Source of the DNA: Chrysomallon squamiferum
Taxonomy: Eukaryota > Animalia > Mollusca
Length of the DNA: 64,000 nucleotides
Direction of reading: 5' to 3'
Assembly (NCBI GenBank): GCA_012295275.1
Contig: CM022679.1
Location: 8,990,001-9,054,000, forward strand
Within the stretch, counting starts at the first letter, position 1; each line of letters begins with the position of its first letter. Position numbers and translations under genes: made by a program. Below the pieces are notes generated by a model. It worked only from the letters and a program-made list of their open reading frames with translations, ran no database searches and was not told where the DNA came from. Of this stretch, positions 39,682 through 55,000 are shown piece by piece.

Positions 39682-40394
39682 GCTTCACTTTCTCACAGCG
39701 GAATTTATGATTTTCAAACGTTTAGCGTTTTTTTTTTCTTTTTTTTTCTTCTTTTTTTTTCTTCTGTTTTCTAGACCATACGTGTTTCAGCTTATACTTT
39801 AGAAGTAACGGTGATGTGCGATGACAAGAGTGAAAAATAACGCTAGGCGCTCACATAAACTCTAGGTTATCGTTTCAAAGACGCCAAGGACAGAGACGGT
39901 CCACTGAGCCGATTCTTGGCTCGCACAATAGAAAACTGTCATTTATCGGCCAGTTGAGTGTTTGATTCTTTACTTATTAGTCGAGAGTAAACTTTTCTCA
40001 CAAAAGGTATCATGAAAAGCCTCGGCTTGCGGGTGGCGGTTTTTTTTTTTTTTGCTTTAGTATTAAACATCCCAAAGAAAATCGGTGCAAGTGTTTTGTA
40101 AAGACCAGTATTTATGAGATTTTGAAACGCTCAGATTGCTGTAAGGAGATAATGTGAAGGGGGTTGAAGGCAAATAAGCCTAATCTCCCAAATTAATCTC
40201 TGTATGTCTTGACTCGATGTCACCAATAAAAAAAAAAAAAAAAAAAAAAAAACCAACAACAACAAACAAACAAACAAAAATAATAATCTGTTATTTCACG
40301 CGGTTCAGGGACTTCGTTGTCAGTACTTAAAATAACATTATCTACTCATTAATTTGATTCTTTATATATAATAATAATATTAATAATAACAAAA

Positions 40395-40583
40395 TGATAT
40401 ATATATATATCATTTTGTTTTTGTAGCCTAGATTACTCAAATAATCAAGTCAGTACTTCATAGATATATGCATATTTATTTGTAGTAACAGATAAATGGA
40501 TAGGTTTATATATGTATGTATATGTACGTGCATTAGTGGCTGTGTTGTATCGTTTTATATATGTATGTATGTGTGTATACATG

Positions 40584-40630
<47 letters not shown>

Positions 40631-40824
40631 GTATGTAACATTCAGTGCATGCGTATATGTATGCATTGTTAATTTTTGTATTATTATTATTAATTTTGAA
40701 TTATTCGCATATATATATATATATATATATATCACTGTATTTGTTTTACTCTGTAACCTAGATTGCTCAAATAAGGAAGTTAACACTTCATAGATGTATG
40801 TATGTTTATATATGTATTTATATG

Positions 40825-40868
<44 letters not shown>

Positions 40869-40870
40869 CG
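40395..40870. repeat. Diverged ~330-bp local duplication interleaved with (TA)n/(TATG)n
   Basis: TGTAGCCTAGATTACTCAAATAATCAAGTCAGTACTTCATAGAT (~40421) versus TGTAACCTAGATTGCTCAAATAAGGAAGTTAACACTTCATAGAT (~40752). Confidence 0.65.
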
Positions 40871-41152
40871 ATAGATGTACAGATAATTAAGACAAAAACC
40901 ATAATGGTGAAAATAACAATACGATGGATATTTTGTTAACATCCTAGGATGTTCGATTATCAAAGAGAAAACGTGACTGAAATATACGTTTAGTTTTTAT
41001 ATTCGCTTTCAGACTTAACCCAGGACGAAATAAGCATCTGAGTTTTTCCAGTCGTTTTGTCAAAGACGACAGCCCAATAACAAAATAATGGAAATAATTA
41101 ATTATATAGATCGTATTTGTTTTACATACATACCGACAGATAGAGACGCAAA

Positions 41153-41242
41153 CATACATACATACATACATACATACATACATACATACATACATACATA
41201 CATACATACATACATACATAGATACATACATACATACATACA
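41153..41242. repeat. (CATA)n microsatellite
   Basis: Direct reading. Confidence 0.92.
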
Positions 41243-42120
41243 AAAAAATAATAATACATAATAAAAAGTAAAAAAAAAAAAAAATAAAAACTAATTCAAA
41301 AAAAAAATTTTAAAAAAAGTAATTAAAAATTTAAAAAGGATGAAGAAAACCTGGAAAGTAGAAAGGCAATAAAGCGATTTCAGCTGGTTTCTATTTCTCG
41401 AAAATTCTTTCTTTATTTTCGAAAATAAAAAGGATTAGTTAGTTTCGTGACATAGAACGTAATAAAATGTAAATTAGAAGGTGTAACCTTTCTAGATTAG
41501 CAGCATTACATAACAACTAACGTAAAACTGTGGGAATGATGACGCAAAAAGAAACGTCATTGATTTCATTAGTGTTGATATAAAAAAGATCGCCAAAATA
41601 ACGGGAGGGATTTACAACCGACATCATCAATCTTAATTCACGTTGTTCGTAACTCCAGTACGAGGCCTATTATATTAAAAAAAATAAAAAATTATAAATC
41701 AATGAACCATATTATCTGCAGTATTACCCTTGACAGAAATAACAGTTTTTGACCTAGTACGTTCAGTAATCATAATTTCTGAAAATCACTGAAATGAATA
41801 CTAGTATCAGAGATAAAAAGAAGATAACTCTATACCATAATAATTAATATTCAAGCTTCATTTTCTGTCTCTTCTTTCTTTCTTTCATTGTTTCTTTCTT
41901 TCTTTCTTCTTCTTCTTCTTATTTTATTACTTTATATTTTGGAAAGTACAATTTGTAAATATTTATTTTAAAACTCAAGTGTATTTACCTAACTATATTG
42001 CTTATCTGTTAGGTCACGTAAATCTGTCAACGTTAGGACAGCTATATTTCTAACATTATCTCAGTCTTTTCATCTAGTTCCTTTATGTTTACGTATTTGT
42101 TTTAGCAAAGATCGGTCGCC

Positions 42121-42202
<82 letters not shown>

Positions 42203-42683
42203 AACAAAACAAAACAAAATAAATAAATTAATTAATTAATAAACCCTGCATTTTAGAAATTGGTTTTATACCTGCATTTTAATAAAAATAAATATAATAA
42301 TAATTATTATGATGATGATGATAACAGCCAAAACTGCAACAGCGGAAGCAACAACAATAACAATAATAATAAATACACATGAATATGCATACATATTTTT
42401 TTTTTTTTTTTTTTTAAAGTTAAGGGAAGCAGAAAACAAAAATCGAAGAAACAACTGCCTACAAAACAAAATAATATGTAAATATGGATCATAAAACGAG
42501 AATATTTTCTGTTGTTGATTTGATAGGTAAACTCACCCTTTCTAAACACGTTTAAATATATCTTTTACCTCCTAGTGAGGTTTTTATTTTTTTTATTCTG
42601 CTAGCGAAGAAGTGTCTTCACCTCATATGATGATATATAATATATCGAATATAAGCACTACTTACTAGGAGGAATAGCCAATT

Positions 42684-42685
<2 letters not shown>

Positions 42686-42765
<80 letters not shown>
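42686..42765. repeat. (GA)n microsatellite
   Basis: Perfect dinucleotide run. Confidence 0.95.
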
Positions 42766-42768
<3 letters not shown>

Positions 42769-44467
42769 AAAGAAGAAAAAAAACGTGTAATGAAATATTT
42801 AAGGGTTACATCAAAGAAAAAATAAAAGGTTATTATAGAAATTAAAGTTGGTTTTAAAAATTGTTTTATTTACATATATATTTATTACTGTTTGTTTTAT
42901 TTAACAATTTAGGAATAAGAAGTATCTGAATAATTTATAAGCAGGAAGCCGCCTTGTTGTAGGTAGAATTATTAAATATACGATATTACACGTTCACCAA
43001 GCAAAGCCAGAGTACGCTTAAGAATAAAATAATAAATATGAAGTACACTTAGTGATAAAATGACACAGAAATTCATTGACGTTAGTTGTGTAGCATGAAG
43101 TGATCATATATATAAATATATACACCTTCTCTGTCTACGATCTTCTCGCAGAGAGAAAGAAAAATGAAAAACCAATCAAGGAGCAAAGGCTGGAATGGAA
43201 AAAAAATAATTAAAAAAAAAAAAAAAAAGAAAAAAAAAGTCTGATAGTGTGATCTTATTATTTCTGCAAAAATATAATGAAATAAATTAAGATGGGTAAT
43301 AATTTTAAAATATAATAATAATAATAATAATAATAGTGTTAATAGTAATACACTGGTGGCAGTTGTGCTAATAATGATATTGTTATTGTTATTATTATTA
43401 TTATTATTATTAGTGGTAGTAGAATAAAGTGATAACAGTAGTGGTAATAATATTAATAGTAATATGAACAAGTTTAATCCCAATAATGAATCAAAAAAAA
43501 AAAATAATAATAATAAAAAAAAAAATTAAAAAAAAAAAAATTTAAAGTGTAGTCAAAGAATTTTTTTCTGACCAGTATTTGCTAATATTTACACTTGAAT
43601 TAAATTATATCCGACCATACCTCTAAACAGATGTAATCGCTTTTCTTATGTCACCAACAAAAGATAACCAGACTCTCATAAAGTCAAGTAGGCACCATCG
43701 AATATTTGTTCACCACCAAGTTTCAAAATAATATTAATAATTTCAACACTCCCAGGTAAAATATAAACCAAATAACAGTATGTTGAATAATTATCATTAA
43801 GAATATTAAGCATTCGTTCAGTGTTTGATTATTTATTTTAGAAACAAACAGAATGATATGTCATGTTTAATATTCTTAAGTCAGATGTATTTGCAATTCC
43901 GTATAAGCGAACTGGTGTACTGTTATTTTACAAATTAAATAATCTAGAAGAAAGTATAATAATTTGATATAGATTCAAAACTATTGCAACATAAAATAAA
44001 ATAAAATAAAATAAAATGAACATTTTTAATATAAATTATTATTATTATTATTATTATTGATGTTGTTCATATATATATATATATATATAGGGATTAAAAA
44101 TATGTTAATTTATTTCACTGAATTAAATAATTTTTTGAATTTGTTTTTTAAATATTGTTTGTTTATATATGTATGTATGTATACACACACACACATATAT
44201 ATAAACAAACATTAGTAATTAAAACACATTTTTTCTAAATATTACATAATTCAGTGAAACTAGTCAACATATTTTTTACTCCTTTGGTGAACGTACATAT
44301 TGTGTTATTTTCTACTGTGTGTCTGAGACAATTACAACAGCAAACCTTGTAACAGTATCATAAAATATTTTAATCTGTTCATACATACAGCGTGCACCAG
44401 CATGGAATAATTACAGTAATAAATAATTGAAATATAATAAAATGAGAAACTAAATTTGTTTACAAAG

Positions 44468-44587
<120 letters not shown>

Positions 44588-45092
44588 TTCTGTTTCTCTA
44601 CCATTCTTTCTCTCTTCGTTTCTTCTTACATTTTTATCATCTTCCTTCCTTTTTATCTTCGCTCTCACTCATCAGAAAATTTCTTCTTCAGTTTTTCAAA
44701 ACAATGTTTAGAACAAATTATATATTTAAAAATGAATAAACTTCATCAGCCAGTTTTGTTTTTTTTTTTTCTCATTTCTTTTTTTTTCAGTACTGAAAAA
44801 AAAAAAAAAACATCATTCCATGTATTTTATTTTGAACTGTCCTTTACAATAAAATTACTTAGAATGAAAACTGCTGATGAAAATGTTACGTTTTTTAAAA
44901 AAATATCACAGAGTTCTTTTCTTCAACATAGAGATGTTAAAAAAAAAAAAAAATAATAATAAATCCATAATAATCCAGGCATTTCTTTGGAATTAAAACG
45001 CCGCAATGATAAATAAATAAATAAATAAATAAACAAATAAACATAAAACGCACCAGTGTTTTGAACTCTCCGTCCTCGATAACTTTTTCAGT

Positions 45093-46711
45093 TCATCTAG
45101 AATTGTTATTGGATTCAATGTAACCGAATCTGTGTTGAGACGACATGCTAGTGGAAGATGCGTGACTGGCGGACTTTCTCTTCTTCTTGGAACCAGTGCG
45201 TTTGGGTGTTTTGTCTCTGAACGAGCGACTGTGAGCTGCGGATGTGTTTGAACTCTCGCTGGACGCGTTGTCGACGTTGGCGCTCAGATCAATCTCCGAC
45301 AAGACGCTCTTGTTGAACGGCTGCTGAACGTGTGCGGTCCTCGCCCTTTCCGAGTCCGTGCGAGGCGTGTTAGGAGGGCAAGGCGTGGTCTCTTTGTGAC
45401 GGAACAGGTTACACACGGGACAGTCCGTGCACGAATTGCTCGGTTTGGGAATCGGGTCGAGCTTCGTTTTCGAAGTCGTCACCAGTTTAGGGAAAGCACC
45501 ATTCTCACCGTTTCGGATAACCAGATCATTTGAAAAATCGTTTGGAAGTCGAATCGATGAACCTTTGACGAGACCTTTTGGCTTTGCCTTTTGAAAACTG
45601 GGATGTAGTTGTTGAACACAGTCTTTTTTTATCACCGTTACCGGACTTTTTTGAGCACCGTCAGCTACCTCATCTCCGTTGCTGTTATTGGGCCACTGCT
45701 GTGGTATATCAGAAGATCTGTCGCTGGTGTTGTTTGTCTGAGCACTCTTCTTTCTCTTTGACGATATTTCTGAATTCGAACAGTCGGATGCGTCGGAATC
45801 GTCCAGCGTTATACTTTCCGCGAAATCTCGGGTCGTGCCGAGAGTGGCAGCAGACGACAGTCTGTTAGCCATTATCGAAGCTTTTTCGTCGTCTTCAGAA
45901 CTGTAATATTCGTCTTCAGAATCGATAGTAATATCCTCTCTTACCGAATCGCTTTTTGATGGAACCATCGACTTTTCGTCCGCGACGGATTCCAATTTCA
46001 AATCACCTTTATTAATCAACGGACGTGACGTGAAATTTTCTCTCGCTGATTCATTATTAAACACAACCCTTTTAGACGTCGATCTGTTTGTTCCCCTGTT
46101 GTTAATGGCGAATTGCTATAACTGTTGAGATCTTTCAAACTCTGCCCGGGCGTTTTAAACTGATAATTAATGATGCCTGCAGCTTTAGTGGTATTACGAC
46201 CCACGTCAATAATTTTTCTTAACGACTTTCTCGTCGTCTCGAGAGCTTTATTTTCCTCTGTCTCATTACCGTGAGTTTCTAGATTGATTTTCAACATGGG
46301 CAATTGAATCACTCGCTTACAGCAATTATGTTGAGATTTCGTATCTTGATTGGTCCTCGCTGCCACCAGTTTGTATTTGTTCTCGAACATTTGGCACTTC
46401 GAGAGATGCGATCCTGCGCACTGAACGTCCGGTAAGGAGGTAACGTCATTCGAGACCCTGTCCACGTAGACGTCCGTGCTAGGTGTGTCCTGCGACATCG
46501 CTAGAAACCGTTCCACTCTCTCCACATCCGAAAACTGCTCTAATTCATTGTATAACATTCGAATATCTCTGTCACAACAACTGGATTCCGAACGAACAGT
46601 TCCCAGAGGTCGGAAATTACTGTACAGTATTTTGGCTTGAGGTGCATACTTCGAGTACAAGAGTTTGAGAGGGCTGTCTTCCAAAGACACATTATGCTGA
46701 TTAACTGGCAT
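45093..46711 (-). CDS. Orphan locus D: intronless Ser/Asp/Lys-rich, probably disordered protein split into 231-aa (46711-46016) and -1-frame (to 45093) parts; ~539 aa if joined
   Basis: Continuous 1.6-kb GC-rich island; the two frames overlap over about 46113-46016. Acidic patch DSEDEYYSSEDDE, a CxxCxxC, basic tail KKKRK. Could be a disrupted gene or an assembly indel. Confidence 0.68.
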
Positions 46712-48384
46712 GTTTTGTCAATAACTATGTCATCACTTTGTGTCGTTATTCAAAGAGTTCGCTGGAGGCGACAAAAGGTCTTTGTGCTGCACCTTTCTTA
46801 TTAATCTGTTTCCTTCAGCGTACGCTAGACTTTCTTTTATCGCTACCATATCCAAGGCGCAATCATTTACCAGCCTGGCACAGTTAAATATTTCGTATTG
46901 CCTTAAATACATTTCTTTTTGTCAGCACACTGAAAGAGTTTTGCGCACCTTTCAAAAAGATTTTATTTATGGTATATTCAGTAGTTGTTTCCACCTCCCA
47001 TTTACGAACCTCAAGCTTTTCAAGAAATGTTACACCACAAAAAAACACATTATGGCCAATCACCATGGGAAGTATTTAACACTGTACTGCAGACATATAT
47101 AATGCGTTATAAATACATTCGTGTGATATACGAACGCATAATTATCGTCCTCGAGTCTGTTCATTGAATTCAAATAGTTTGTTTTTATTGCCACTGATTA
47201 TAGTTTTCTTTCAAAGCTGTTTATCAGACGTGTTTTTTGTATTTCTTTCGATCCTGTTGCTGCTGAAATAAATTTTCAAGAAACAGTTAATAGTCCCAGC
47301 ATCTAAAATGTCATCAGTTTATATTTCATATTCCTAAACAGTTTCGAGATAACAATACTCCTCCGCGAATACAGTTTGAATAAATAGCAAACATCCTTTT
47401 TAACCATAAAGTTTTATATAAATACATATATTAAAAATAAAAAACATTATATTTCTTTTTAATTAAAAATAATTGTTTAAAAACTGATTTGAATGTCTAT
47501 TTTCTTACTTGTTTTTAAAAGCAAAAAAAAGGTATGTCTTGTGAAACGATACACTCACTCATGACACCCTACCTATGTCAGCTGAACTCGTTTTCCAGTT
47601 GTGGATATTTCATCCACTAATCCGTTAGTACAGCATGCACGATTTAAAGTCTCGACTGTGGGATTAACCTAGGTATGAGCCATTTGATATTGTTGCAATC
47701 AACTCTGGCATTATTAACTCCTGGAGATTATTTACTGTAACCCTTTCATACACAAATAGTGGACGTTTATCGTAGCACCACCTCTGGATTCAGACCAAAT
47801 CGTTAATAAACTTAAGATTACCGATGTTACGTAATGGGAAAACTATTTAAAGACATCCTATCCTGTTCGCTGGTATCATAAAGTCATAACAGCTTATGGT
47901 GAAAGGTTTCCATATGTGGAAAAATTTCATAAACAGAAACCCGTCATTGTGAGCAACCAATATGCTAAACATCATTGAATAATGACACATCAGTAATAAT
48001 ACAGTGGTGTGTGTGGGAGGGGGGGGGAGAAGAAAATAATAATAGCCCTCAGGTTAACCATTTCAATATCGTCAGAAATTTACAATTCGCTTTACTGCAC
48101 ATTCTCCTTAAAATTAGAACTTATGAAAATATTCAAATCAGTTAATAAAATCATCTTAAAAATAAGATGAAATATTAACTAAAGATGAAGCCCGTAATAA
48201 ATCAATAAATCAATAAATAAATAAATAAATAAATAACATAAAGTTTTTATCGGTTTGATAATATTCAGTGTTATAAATAAAATTATATCATTACATTCTA
48301 AAAAAAAAACTCTCTACAGTTATAGATTAATGAGAAGTCAAACATACCCTTTCTTTTTCAAAGAAGAAAAGTAAGTATAACGGA

Positions 48385-49540
48385 AACAACAATATTTCGC
48401 TATTAACACACTCAAGATGTCCGCATCAAACCTATACGCAACTGAGGAAACAATCATAAGAATATTCCATGTTAATAACTAAAAAAAAATACTTCAGTTT
48501 TATATCTGTTTTTGAAAAGAAATAAATAATGTCACTGTTAATAATCCACTTGATGTCAAAACGATAAAGCAGACGAAGAAACAACCAAACAACAGTATTT
48601 CATTGATAACAATCTAGTATATGTCAAATAAGAACAGCAATTCAGAAAAACAACAATATTTCATTGTTAATAATCCAATCAGTGACAAAGTAGAACAGCA
48701 ATATAAAAAAAAGCAACAATATTTTTCACAATTAAATAATCCACTCCGTGTCAAAAGAAGTGCAGAAAGTTGACGTATCTTTAAATCAAAGAAATCATCA
48801 CTGTTGAAAATTTACTTGAAGATTTACAGTGTCACAGCGATAGAACAGCTGTAGAAAATACAAAAACAACAATATTACACAGATAATAGTCCATTATATG
48901 TCAATGCGACACAGCGATAGCAAAAAAAACAACAACAAAAAAACCAGGAATATTTCACAATTAAATAATCCATCCAGTATCAGAGGAAGTGTAGTGTAGA
49001 AACTTGACATATCTTCAAATCAAAGAAATCATCACTGTTGAAGATTTACAATGCAGAGTTACAGTGTTAAAGGCATATAATGGCTGCAAGAAAAAAACAA
49101 ATAACAATATTCCACAGTTAATCATTTACACAGTGCGATATTTCATTGTTAACAGTCCATTATATTTCAAAGCGACACAGTGGTCAGGGAAACTATAAAA
49201 ATAGCAATATTTAACTATGAATAAGTCACAAAATGTCAAAGCGAATAAATCAGCTATAGAAATGAATAATTTTTTTAATTAATTTATTTTTTTAAATCAG
49301 TTATTAATAATTTTCGCAACATACCATTGTTAAAGCGATAGATATAAACAAAACAACCACATTTCACTATTAACAGTCCAATCAATTTTAAACCTATGCA
49401 GGAGCTGAAAAAAAAAAAAAAAAAAAAAAAGAACAATATTTCACCGTTAATAATCCATTTGATGCCAAAGTGGCTGCAAAATTTTCACTTACAACTTTGA
49501 ATCAAAGAAACCATCACTGCTGAAAATTTACTATGCAAGT
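48385..49540. repeat. Degenerate ~60-bp tandem repeat with longer-period duplication
   Basis: Recurrent AACAATATTTCACTGTTAATAATCCA-(N)-TGTCAAA units near 48388, 48525, 48591, 48652, 48715, 48868, 49103 and 49432. ATCAAAGAAAYCATCACTGYTGAARATTTAC recurs near 48785, 49019 and 49501. Confidence 0.7.
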
Positions 49541-50270
49541 GTTATCTGTCTGAGAAATCAGTCTACTCCGCGTAGAAACAAGTAGATGATTAAATGTCTG
49601 TCGGGTTAAGTGGAATGACTCCATTTAACTTTCACGTTGTCAGGCAACTATCCTAACCCCAGAGAATGAAGTAATTTGTGTGTTCGTGTAAAATAGCAAC
49701 AGTCCCGCAAATAAAATCAACAAAATATGCCCAATGGGATATATAGAGACAGACAAACACATACAGATATACATTCACAAAAATACACGCACACCTTCAC
49801 AAAGCGAGAAATAGACACGCACACTAATTGTTTTATATAAGTTAATGTATTCCTTATAAATTTTATGACATGTCTTAGGTTTTCTTACATTTGAAGAATA
49901 TAGTTTTTGGGTTGTTTTTTTTTCATTTAATTGTGATACTGTTGAATTATTCAGATTTATTTTATATTATTAAAGAAAACTATTAGGCCTATGTTTAATT
50001 ATAGTAATGGCAAAATCAATAATAACTATGATATTTTATCACCACACTTAATTATCAGAAAATAAGTCCAGCTTGCGATTTACTCAGAAGCCATTGTGCC
50101 ATTTATTGTTCGGATACCACAGATAAGTATGTTGTGAGACTACGCACATGAATTATTTCCCTTGGTGGGACTTTTCTGATTCCAAGGCAAAGAAAAGTTC
50201 TCTCCCTCAGGAAATTTAGAACCGATACACGCATGTAGAAACAGAAAACTGACAGATCATTCCCATTAAA

Positions 50271-51205
50271 ATGGGCAATAACCCCAGCAGCGATAGCGAA
50301 GATGAAGGACATGTTGACAACAAACAGGTTTTATATAGCATAATGTTTTCGGGGATGGAGGTATCTAGATTTGTTTCAGTCCACTGGTGATTCACTGGTT
50401 GGACTTAGACTAACTAGGCAGAGATTAAGTATTACAGCAAATAAATAATATGATGATTCACCGCATTACATCTACATGAAGTAAAATTTCAGATAAGGCA
50501 TATGATAATCATATTATCTAAAAATTATAAAACACAGCCAAAACCTTTATTGAATCAAAATGTAATATCAATAAAGTGTATTCATTTAATGATTTATAGA
50601 AGTTATTATTCATTCTTGCATGACATTCCATCATAACAAATCTCACCACCTCCAGTTAAAACATTTCAATACGTGAATATAATCACTGACTGCTTAAAGT
50701 ATGTAATAACTAAATAGATGTCATAAATATTTTTTCATATACCATTATTGTAAATTAAATAATAATAAAAATAATAATAATAATAATTACAATAATATTA
50801 ATGTTGTTTTTGTTATTTAAATATTAATTTTTAATAAAAGTCAACCATCAAATTCAATGTATTTTAAACAAGCAATTTATTTGATGTCTATTACAGAATA
50901 AGTATTTTATTTTTACTGTAGGTTATTTTAAAAATGTTTAATATTATAATAGCTCATACTGTTACACTTCATCTATTAGTTTGGATAATAGTGTGTGATA
51001 TAACAACAAATTAAAAATAACTGATATTAATTATTGAATTTATCAAATGAACAATATTTCATTGTGATAAATAAATTATTACTGTTATATATATATGAAT
51101 GAAATATGTTTTGGTAAAATATTTTTTATTATTAATTTTGTTGAGGGGTGTATGTGTATTTAGTGATGTTTTATGTTATAAATTGAATCATATTTCGTTA
51201 CTATA

Positions 51206-51238
<33 letters not shown>

Positions 51239-52019
51239 ACAAAAAAACAATAACAAAAACAATTTTTTTTGCTGAACCAGAAACGTATAAGATAATATCA
51301 AGGATAAATATTTTTATTTATAACATATACTTCTTTTATAAATTTATATTGAAGTTTATATTTTATTAGATATTAGTGATTAAAACTTTATATTGCTAAA
51401 CTTAGATCTAAATTTATTTATTATTTTTCATTACATTCAGATAGATGATGGCTTTTCAGACAGTGATACAGAACCAGGTAAGATAATAATTCTTCTGTTT
51501 TCAATTTCATTACCTAAATTAAACATTCAATTAAATATATACAGTGGCATTTCTCCTTCTATTGCAGAATATTCATTTATTATTGTTATTATTATTATTA
51601 TTATTATTATATGTTTATAATATTCTATAAAACTCAAAACTGTTTTAATTTATGATTTTTTCTTTTTCTTTTTAGTATAGTTTTACCACAGATGTAGTAA
51701 ATGTAAATGTTTAAATTATGTGTCAATTATAGATTTGCTTGCATTCATTTATATATATGTGTGTATATATATTTATAGATGTATATATTATATACATATA
51801 CATACATATATATATATATATTGAATGTTAATTTTGGTTTGGTTCTAGTTGACAAAGAGACATCACCTTTAACTGATCTCCATGCTTTGTTTTCTGAACC
51901 CAACATCCTCAGAAGTGTTGCTGCAAAAATCAAGTTAGTTTTTTTTTTTTTTTCTCAAACATTAGGTAAAAAGAAAAGAAAATATGAATTATAACGCTTT
52001 GTAATAATTATTATTACTA

Positions 52020-52066
<47 letters not shown>

Positions 52067-55000
52067 GTTATTATTATTATTAATTAGTTAGTTAGTTTTA
52101 TTATTTTTAGTTAGTTTTATTATTTTATTTTTTTTTTTTTTCATATTTATTAGTTAGACTCATTGTTATGTATCACATTTTTAATTCTATAATTAAATGT
52201 TTTGTTTACAATTTACATCTGTTAAAAATTATTTCCTTCTTGAATTTTTAAGTAAAAATTACTATTTAATAAAATAATAATAAACAGTGTACTATTTAAA
52301 AAAAAAAAAAATTTTTTAATAAAATAATAATAATAATAAAACATTTGTAAAATAATGGTTAGTATAATTTTGAACATTTGATTACAGAGAAAAGATACCT
52401 GAAAATGTCATACACCAGCATCATGGTCATATTATGCGATGGCTTCGAGAAAGACCTGATCGACTGGAGGTATTTTTGTTGAACATAAAAATATTACACT
52501 GCACTTAATCAGTCAGAATATATTGCAAATCAGAGAAGAGGGTGTTAGTTGCCATTTTCAACACATAGTGGTGTTTATAGCTAAAACTTTTTAAATTTAT
52601 AAAAAATATTTTAGTATCACAAGTAGAAATGGAAATTTATTTAATCTACACATATGTTTGAGTAATAATGTACATTTAATTTTTTTTTTTTTTTAAATTA
52701 AAAATAAAAATAAAAATGCTTTTGTTATTTTATGATATTCTGATGAGTAACATGTTTTTTAAAACTTGTTTTAATGATACTGTACAGAAAAACTAGTTTA
52801 AGAATGAATTGTGTTTTCAGGAAACTGTCACTTTGGCTCAATTCTGTGATCTTCTCATGGCAAAAAATGTTTCCAGAGCTGAAGCAGTTAAAGTAAAGAA
52901 AATGATTTTTTATGAATACTGGCCTGAAATAAAATCTCATTATTCTTAGTTAGAAACATACAGAAATTTAATCATTTTCAGATTATTGCCAATAAACTGA
53001 GGATTCTAAAATAATGCAAAATAAATATTATCGTGTTCAAAATATCTTATTTTTTAATTAAATACAACTGTATAATTCTCACTGATATTTATAATTGTTA
53101 CTTTAAAATGTTTCATTATCAACATTTTGACTTCTTTATAACACTTTCTTAAAATCTTACCTTACAGTTTATTCGTTTCTTAAAGTTGTTGGTTGAAATT
53201 GATAAAAGAAAATTTATGCTTTACCTGACGTTAATTATTTGTTTTCTGCAGGCTTTTCAGCAGTTTGACACAGATGGCAGTGGAGTTGCTGAAGTCAGTG
53301 CGATGCTTGATGCGTTGCAGTCATACACAGGTGGATACATGATGGGAGAACTGGGAAAAAATATCAGAATGTTGCAAGCATGTTCACTAACCCCTGGTGG
53401 GTATCAAGTCACAATTCTACTGAAACTGTGTCTCTGATCTTAACATTAATTAAAAAGAATTTTTTTTTATTAAAAAGTTAAAAAATGAAATAAAAAAAAA
53501 AATTATATATATATATATATAAATGCATGTAAATATATTTATTTATATTTTTATGAAATAATCAATTTTAAATGAATTAAGAACGTTCAGACATTATACA
53601 TTCATCTTTAGATGTTTTCAGGTTAAAATATATTAAATTAATAAAACATAATCTTCATTAATGTATCTCTTTGGATTTTAAATATCACTATCATAGCCAC
53701 ACAGGCTGTGGATGTTTATTGGGATGAAATGTCTTTTCATAACAACACAGAAGAACACTGACTGATTTTAATTCCAGGTTTATTAATGTGTTTTACTAAC
53801 AGACAGACAGAATAACAGATTTTTGTTTTTGCAGGGTTTGTAGATGTCTATGCCGGTGATAAGAGTCCAATTATAAACCACGGAGAGAGGGTGCTCAAGG
53901 TAGATGCTTCGTTATTTATTACATATTTACTTTTCTAGTTTTGGAAGATTCAGGGGAAAACAATTATATTCTTTTTGTTTTGAAAACTTGTTATTATATT
54001 TAATATCTCTAGAATTGTTTAAACTTAAAATTGACACTAATTTTTAAAAAGATAATAATTTCAGTTATTTAAATCAAAAATAAAATTGATAGATTTCTTC
54101 CATCTGTTTGAAATTTCCAAATAGGTTTAATCCCTCAATTCACATTTATTTGTTATTCTAAATTTTAACTCTTGGTTCCTTGAAAAAAACAAATATTTCT
54201 TGCGCTAGATAAGAAGTTTTGGAAATATGACACTTTAGATTTTTGATTTTTCATCAAAAATGGACACAGGGATTAATATTTACATCTTTGTTTCTCAGAA
54301 ACCAGTGGATCAACTTAAACTTGGTATCACTATGGTTGTAATATTTTTATATATATATATATATATATATACATCCACATTTGATGGAGATATTGAGTTG
54401 TTGGTTATTGTTGCAGTTTGTGGTTTCTCTGTTTTCAGTATCTGTTACGAAATCGTGCAGAAAGCTCAGCCCTGCCGTTTCCTTATCTTAATGGGTTTAA
54501 CAACACCAGCAACATGAGAACCTCTGTACTTAGATCAGCTTTTACATCACTGAAAGAAGCAGGTCTGAAAACAATTTGGATGTTTTTCCTCAAATTAAAA
54601 AAAACCCATTAATAATTATAATAATAATAATATTATACATTTGTTTCTCATTAAGTTAATAAAGAAACAACAGTATTTCAGTCTTTCATCAGTTATTTAT
54701 TGGAAAAGTTATTACATTAAAGAGGTAGTTTCTAATAAAGTTAAATATGAATGTTTGACCACTTTATCAAACTTTTATTTGATTTTTTTTTTTATATGTA
54801 AGGGCTTACAGGCCCTATATAACTTTTAAAGAAAATGCAAAAAAACCAACCACACAGGGAGGTAAGCACTTTTGCACAAGCAGTAAATATCCAATGTCAA
54901 AAACTGTAAAACTAATTAGATTAGTTATCATGAAGTAAAAGTTAATCGGAATATGTCAGTACATCAAATTCAGTTTTGGTAAAAATGGATCTAAGCCCTT

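Noticed and set aside
53770-53800. Possible degenerate copy of the ZZEF1 exon 7 acceptor (TTCCAGGTTTATTAATGTG)
   Set aside because: Similarity to GCAGGGTTTGTAGATGTC is too weak to call a duplication.
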